Below, piece by piece: positions 61,404 to 64,000 of a DNA stretch of 64,000 nucleotides. The translations under genes and the position numbers were made by a program. Origin of the DNA: Candidatus Poribacteria bacterium (lineage in GTDB: Bacteria > Poribacteria > WGA-4E > WGA-3G); NCBI GenBank assembly GCA_965197475.1, contig CBDANF010000003.1:2112001-2176000 (forward strand), written 5' to 3'. The notes beneath the pieces were generated by a model. It had not been told where the DNA came from, ran no database searches, and saw nothing but the letters and a program-made list of their open reading frames with translations. Position 1 is the first letter of the stretch, and the number at the start of each line of letters is the position of its first letter.

Positions 61404-61555
61404 AGTCTATCTCATAAATCGTTAAACACGGTTGGTTCCCTTCAGAGAATCCAACTTCATGTAGGGGCGGGTCTCTGTGCCCGCCCGTTGTTTCCGTTCT
61501 CAAGACATAGCGAGGCACAGAGACTTCGCCCTACAAATGATTTATGAGATACGCT
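61404..61555. repeat. TIR-bounded element containing an inverted GTAG-type REP pair (REPIN-like)
   Basis: Ends AGTCTATCTCATAAATC / GATTTATGAGATACGCT (15/17); inside, GTAGGGGCGGGTCTCTGTGCCCGCCC and GGCACAGAGACTTCGCCCTAC. Confidence 0.65.
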
Positions 61556-61575
61556 CTAAGAACAACGATTAAACC

Positions 61576-62424
61576 ATGCAACAGACATCCACAAAACATA
61601 TCATCCGTTGGGATCGGTCAAAACCGACGCATGTTAAAGACGAATTGGTTGTTGAAGAACCGCTTGAAATTCGGGTAGGACAACAGAGCTTAATCGTTGT
61701 CATGCGGACACCGGGGCATGATTTTGAACTTGCCGCGGGTTTCCTTTATACCGAAAGTCTCATAAAATCCGGAGACGACATTGAAATCATAGCATACTGC
61801 GATGAAGAGAACACCGCAACAAAAACTAACGGTCAGCACTCGCCTCTACCAATGTTCCAAAATATCGTCAACGTTCGCTTAGTTCAGGAGTTGAATCTTG
61901 AAGAACAAGCCGGATGGCAACGCAACTTCCATGCAAATGCAAGCTGCGGACTCTGCGGAAAAATGACAATTGAATCTGTCAAACACCAAATCATGCCGTT
62001 GGATTCGGTGTTCCGATTGAATCAAACAGTATTTTATGAACTCAATGATCGTTTACGCGCAGCACAATCGGTTTTTGAAAAGACAGGTGGTCTGCATGCA
62101 GCAGGACTTTTTGATGAAAATGGTGAACTCCTCATTGTCAGAGAGGACATCGGTAGACATAACGCAGTTGATAAAGTTATCGGTCAAGCATTGCTATCAG
62201 ATATGCTACCGCTTGACAGACATGTTCTGATGATAAGTGGGCGCGCCAGTTTTGAAATTGTTCAGAAAGCACTCTTTGCACGAATCCCAATAGTTGTCGC
62301 TGTTTCGGCTGCATCCACACTCGCTGTTGACTTAGCAGCGGAAGGAAATCTCACATTAATCGGTTTCATGCGGGGACAAAGTATGGCAGTCTATAGTCAC
62401 CCTGATCGGATTCTCAAGAAATAG
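61576..62424 (+). CDS. fdhD: Formate dehydrogenase accessory sulfurtransferase FdhD
   Basis: EEPLEI, MRTPG.D.ELAAGFL, SCGLCG, TGGLHAA, REDIGRHNAVDK, SGRASFE. Confidence 0.95.
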   Translation: MQQTSTKHIIRWDRSKPTHVKDELVVEEPLEIRVGQQSLIVVMRTPGHDFELAAGFLYTESLIKSGDDIEIIAYCDEENTATKTNGQHSPLPMFQNIVNVRLVQELNLEEQAGWQRNFHANASCGLCGKMTIESVKHQIMPLDSVFRLNQTVFYELNDRLRAAQSVFEKTGGLHAAGLFDENGELLIVREDIGRHNAVDKVIGQALLSDMLPLDRHVLMISGRASFEIVQKALFARIPIVVAVSAASTLAVDLAAEGNLTLIGFMRGQSMAVYSHPDRILKK

Positions 62425-62561
62425 CAGGAATATGAACTGACAATTTCATTGATGCCAACAAGTACTGCTATCCTTTTAAGACGTAGTGTCTCTATATTAG
62501 CAAACAAACTTATATAGTCTACGCGCTTGCCGTGTAGGTCAAGATAAAAGAGGAGTTTCAC

Positions 62562-62849
62562 ATGGATTTTATTTTTGATAGCATCCAAACAAGTATCAAT
62601 TTGCTTTTTCTCATCGTCGTACTCGGCACCTTAGGAATTTCATGGATTTTCGCGGATAGGTTGCGTAAACGTCATAATGCAGATTTCCCGTGGAGCAAAG
62701 CTTTAATGATTCTCGGTGTTGAAATTCTTATCTGGATAGCGTTTAACTTCTTCTTTGAAATTTTCCAAGCACATTGGGTGTTGATTTCCATAGTCGGGAT
62801 AATTGTAATTTTTATAATCCTCTCACGAAAGAAACGAAAATATGTCTGA
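62562..62849 (+). CDS. Small hypothetical membrane protein (3 TM)
   Basis: AGGAG SD, hydrophobic helices, basic C-terminus. Confidence 0.7.
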   Translation: MDFIFDSIQTSINLLFLIVVLGTLGISWIFADRLRKRHNADFPWSKALMILGVEILIWIAFNFFFEIFQAHWVLISIVGIIVIFIILSRKKRKYV

Positions 62850-62916
62850 AGACGATAAAAAGTGGGGCGCAGGTTGGTTTGTCGACTGTTCCTTCACACG
62901 TTTATAGGAGGTAACT

Positions 62917-63969
62917 ATGCCTCGGACCGGTAGAGCCGTAGTCGCTTACGGCAAAGATTTTGAGATACGCGAATACCCGGTGCCCGAACCTGATCCCAAC
63001 ACGCTCCTGCTTCGTCAAGAGTTAGCGGGTATTTGCGGCACCGACCTCCATAACTGGCAGAACGGTTTCAAAACAGAGATTCTATTGGGACATGAAAATG
63101 TCGGTATTGTTGAGGCTATTGGTGAAGACGTGAAAACCGACTATGTAGGTAAACCTATTAAAGAGGGTGACAGGGTTATCTTCGCACCGGGGACTGACTA
63201 CGGCGGTTATGGCTTTCAATGGAATCCGGATGAGGCACCCCATTTTCGCGGCGGGTTTGCTGATTATATGTACCTCACCTATCCGAATACCTGTTTCATT
63301 AAAACAGATGCTTCACCAGAGGTCGCTGTTCTTACAGAGCCTTTTACTGTCGGTGTTCACGCTGTCATGCGGGGAGAGATAAAACTCGGTGATACCGTTG
63401 TTGTGCAAGGTTCAGGTGCAATCGGCTTGGTAACACTTGCCTGTGCAAAATTGAGCGGTGCCGGAAAAATAATTATGGTCGGCGGTCCCGCCGGACGATT
63501 GGAACTGGCAAAAAGGTTCGGGGCAGATGTTACAATTGATATTGAAGAAGTTACCACTGTTGAGGAGCGAACAGAACTCGTGAAAGCGGAAACCCCACGT
63601 AATGAGGGAGCTGACGTTGTCTTTGAATGTGCTGGCTTCCTTCCTGCAACACCAGAAGGATTAGGGTATACAAGACGTAGCGGTACCTTTGTTGAAGTCG
63701 GTCACTTTGTAGATATGGGTTCAATTGACTTCAACATCAACCAATTACTGATGCGAAAGAATCTTCGCCTTGAAGCGATCTGGGGAAGCACTTACGAGCA
63801 CTTCGTTCGTGGACTACCACTCCTTGAAAAAAGCGAATTGCCCTTCGCTGACATGATTAGCCACCAGCTCCCCCTATCACAAGTCGAAGATGGATTTAAG
63901 GCACTTGATGGCGGATACCGTATCAACGGCGAAACAGCGATCAAAATTGCTGTTCGCGCTGCCGAATAA
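62917..63969 (+). CDS. Zinc-dependent medium-chain alcohol dehydrogenase
   Basis: GICGTD, LGHE, TEP, GSGAIG; lacks the four-Cys structural zinc lobe. Confidence 0.9.
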   Translation: MPRTGRAVVAYGKDFEIREYPVPEPDPNTLLLRQELAGICGTDLHNWQNGFKTEILLGHENVGIVEAIGEDVKTDYVGKPIKEGDRVIFAPGTDYGGYGFQWNPDEAPHFRGGFADYMYLTYPNTCFIKTDASPEVAVLTEPFTVGVHAVMRGEIKLGDTVVVQGSGAIGLVTLACAKLSGAGKIIMVGGPAGRLELAKRFGADVTIDIEEVTTVEERTELVKAETPRNEGADVVFECAGFLPATPEGLGYTRRSGTFVEVGHFVDMGSIDFNINQLLMRKNLRLEAIWGSTYEHFVRGLPLLEKSELPFADMISHQLPLSQVEDGFKALDGGYRINGETAIKIAVRAAE

Positions 63970-64000
63970 ATAGAACAAATACATTAACAGGAGATGCAAC

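Noticed and set aside
198-63557. Numerous 60-170 aa ORFs antisense to or nested in long genes (e.g. 553-945, 23371-23865, 32636-33160, 55288-55746)
   Set aside because: These are shadow ORFs opposite well-supported genes, with no recognisable motifs or translation signals.
61576-63969. Formate dehydrogenase operon
   Set aside because: Only fdhD is present; no catalytic subunits in the window.

Overview
Bacterial chromosomal segment (standard code 11, about 43% GC by eye). The PhyH dioxygenase, LamG protein, membrane-anchored WD40 proteins with the 'LPEGAKARLGKG' start, many TPR proteins and several restriction-modification genes suggest a sponge symbiont such as Ca. Poribacteria; this is an inference. 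Housekeeping genes (pcrA, gatCA, ctpA, mmsA, recJ, rel, rpmB, rsmA, an EF-G paralog, ftsY, thrB, holB, tmk, fdhD) alternate with accessory material. That material includes an AT-rich defence islet (frameshifted PD-(D/E)XK nuclease plus a HaeII-like type II RM pair), a SNF2-SWIM helicase, an alpha-2-macroglobulin/PBP1C pair behind a sigma54 consensus promoter, tandem WD40 genes, decayed IS elements (ISAs1 x2, IS5 x2, IS4/IS701-like), MITEs/REPs and gene fragments. Best leads: (1) a two-haem cytochrome c fused to an outer-membrane porin (Cyc2-like, with the second CxxCH apparently in a barrel loop), near a cytochrome P460 lipoprotein; (2) the same 9-bp sequence (GATGAATCA) abutting opposite ends of two ISAs1 remnants 43 kb apart, a cointegrate/translocation geometry; (3) a MarR-rubrerythrin fusion with a perfect promoter and palindromic operator upstream of an ECF sigma factor; (4) a MITE family with 14-bp TIRs and 5-bp target duplications. 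No rRNA, tRNA or CRISPR array was recognised.
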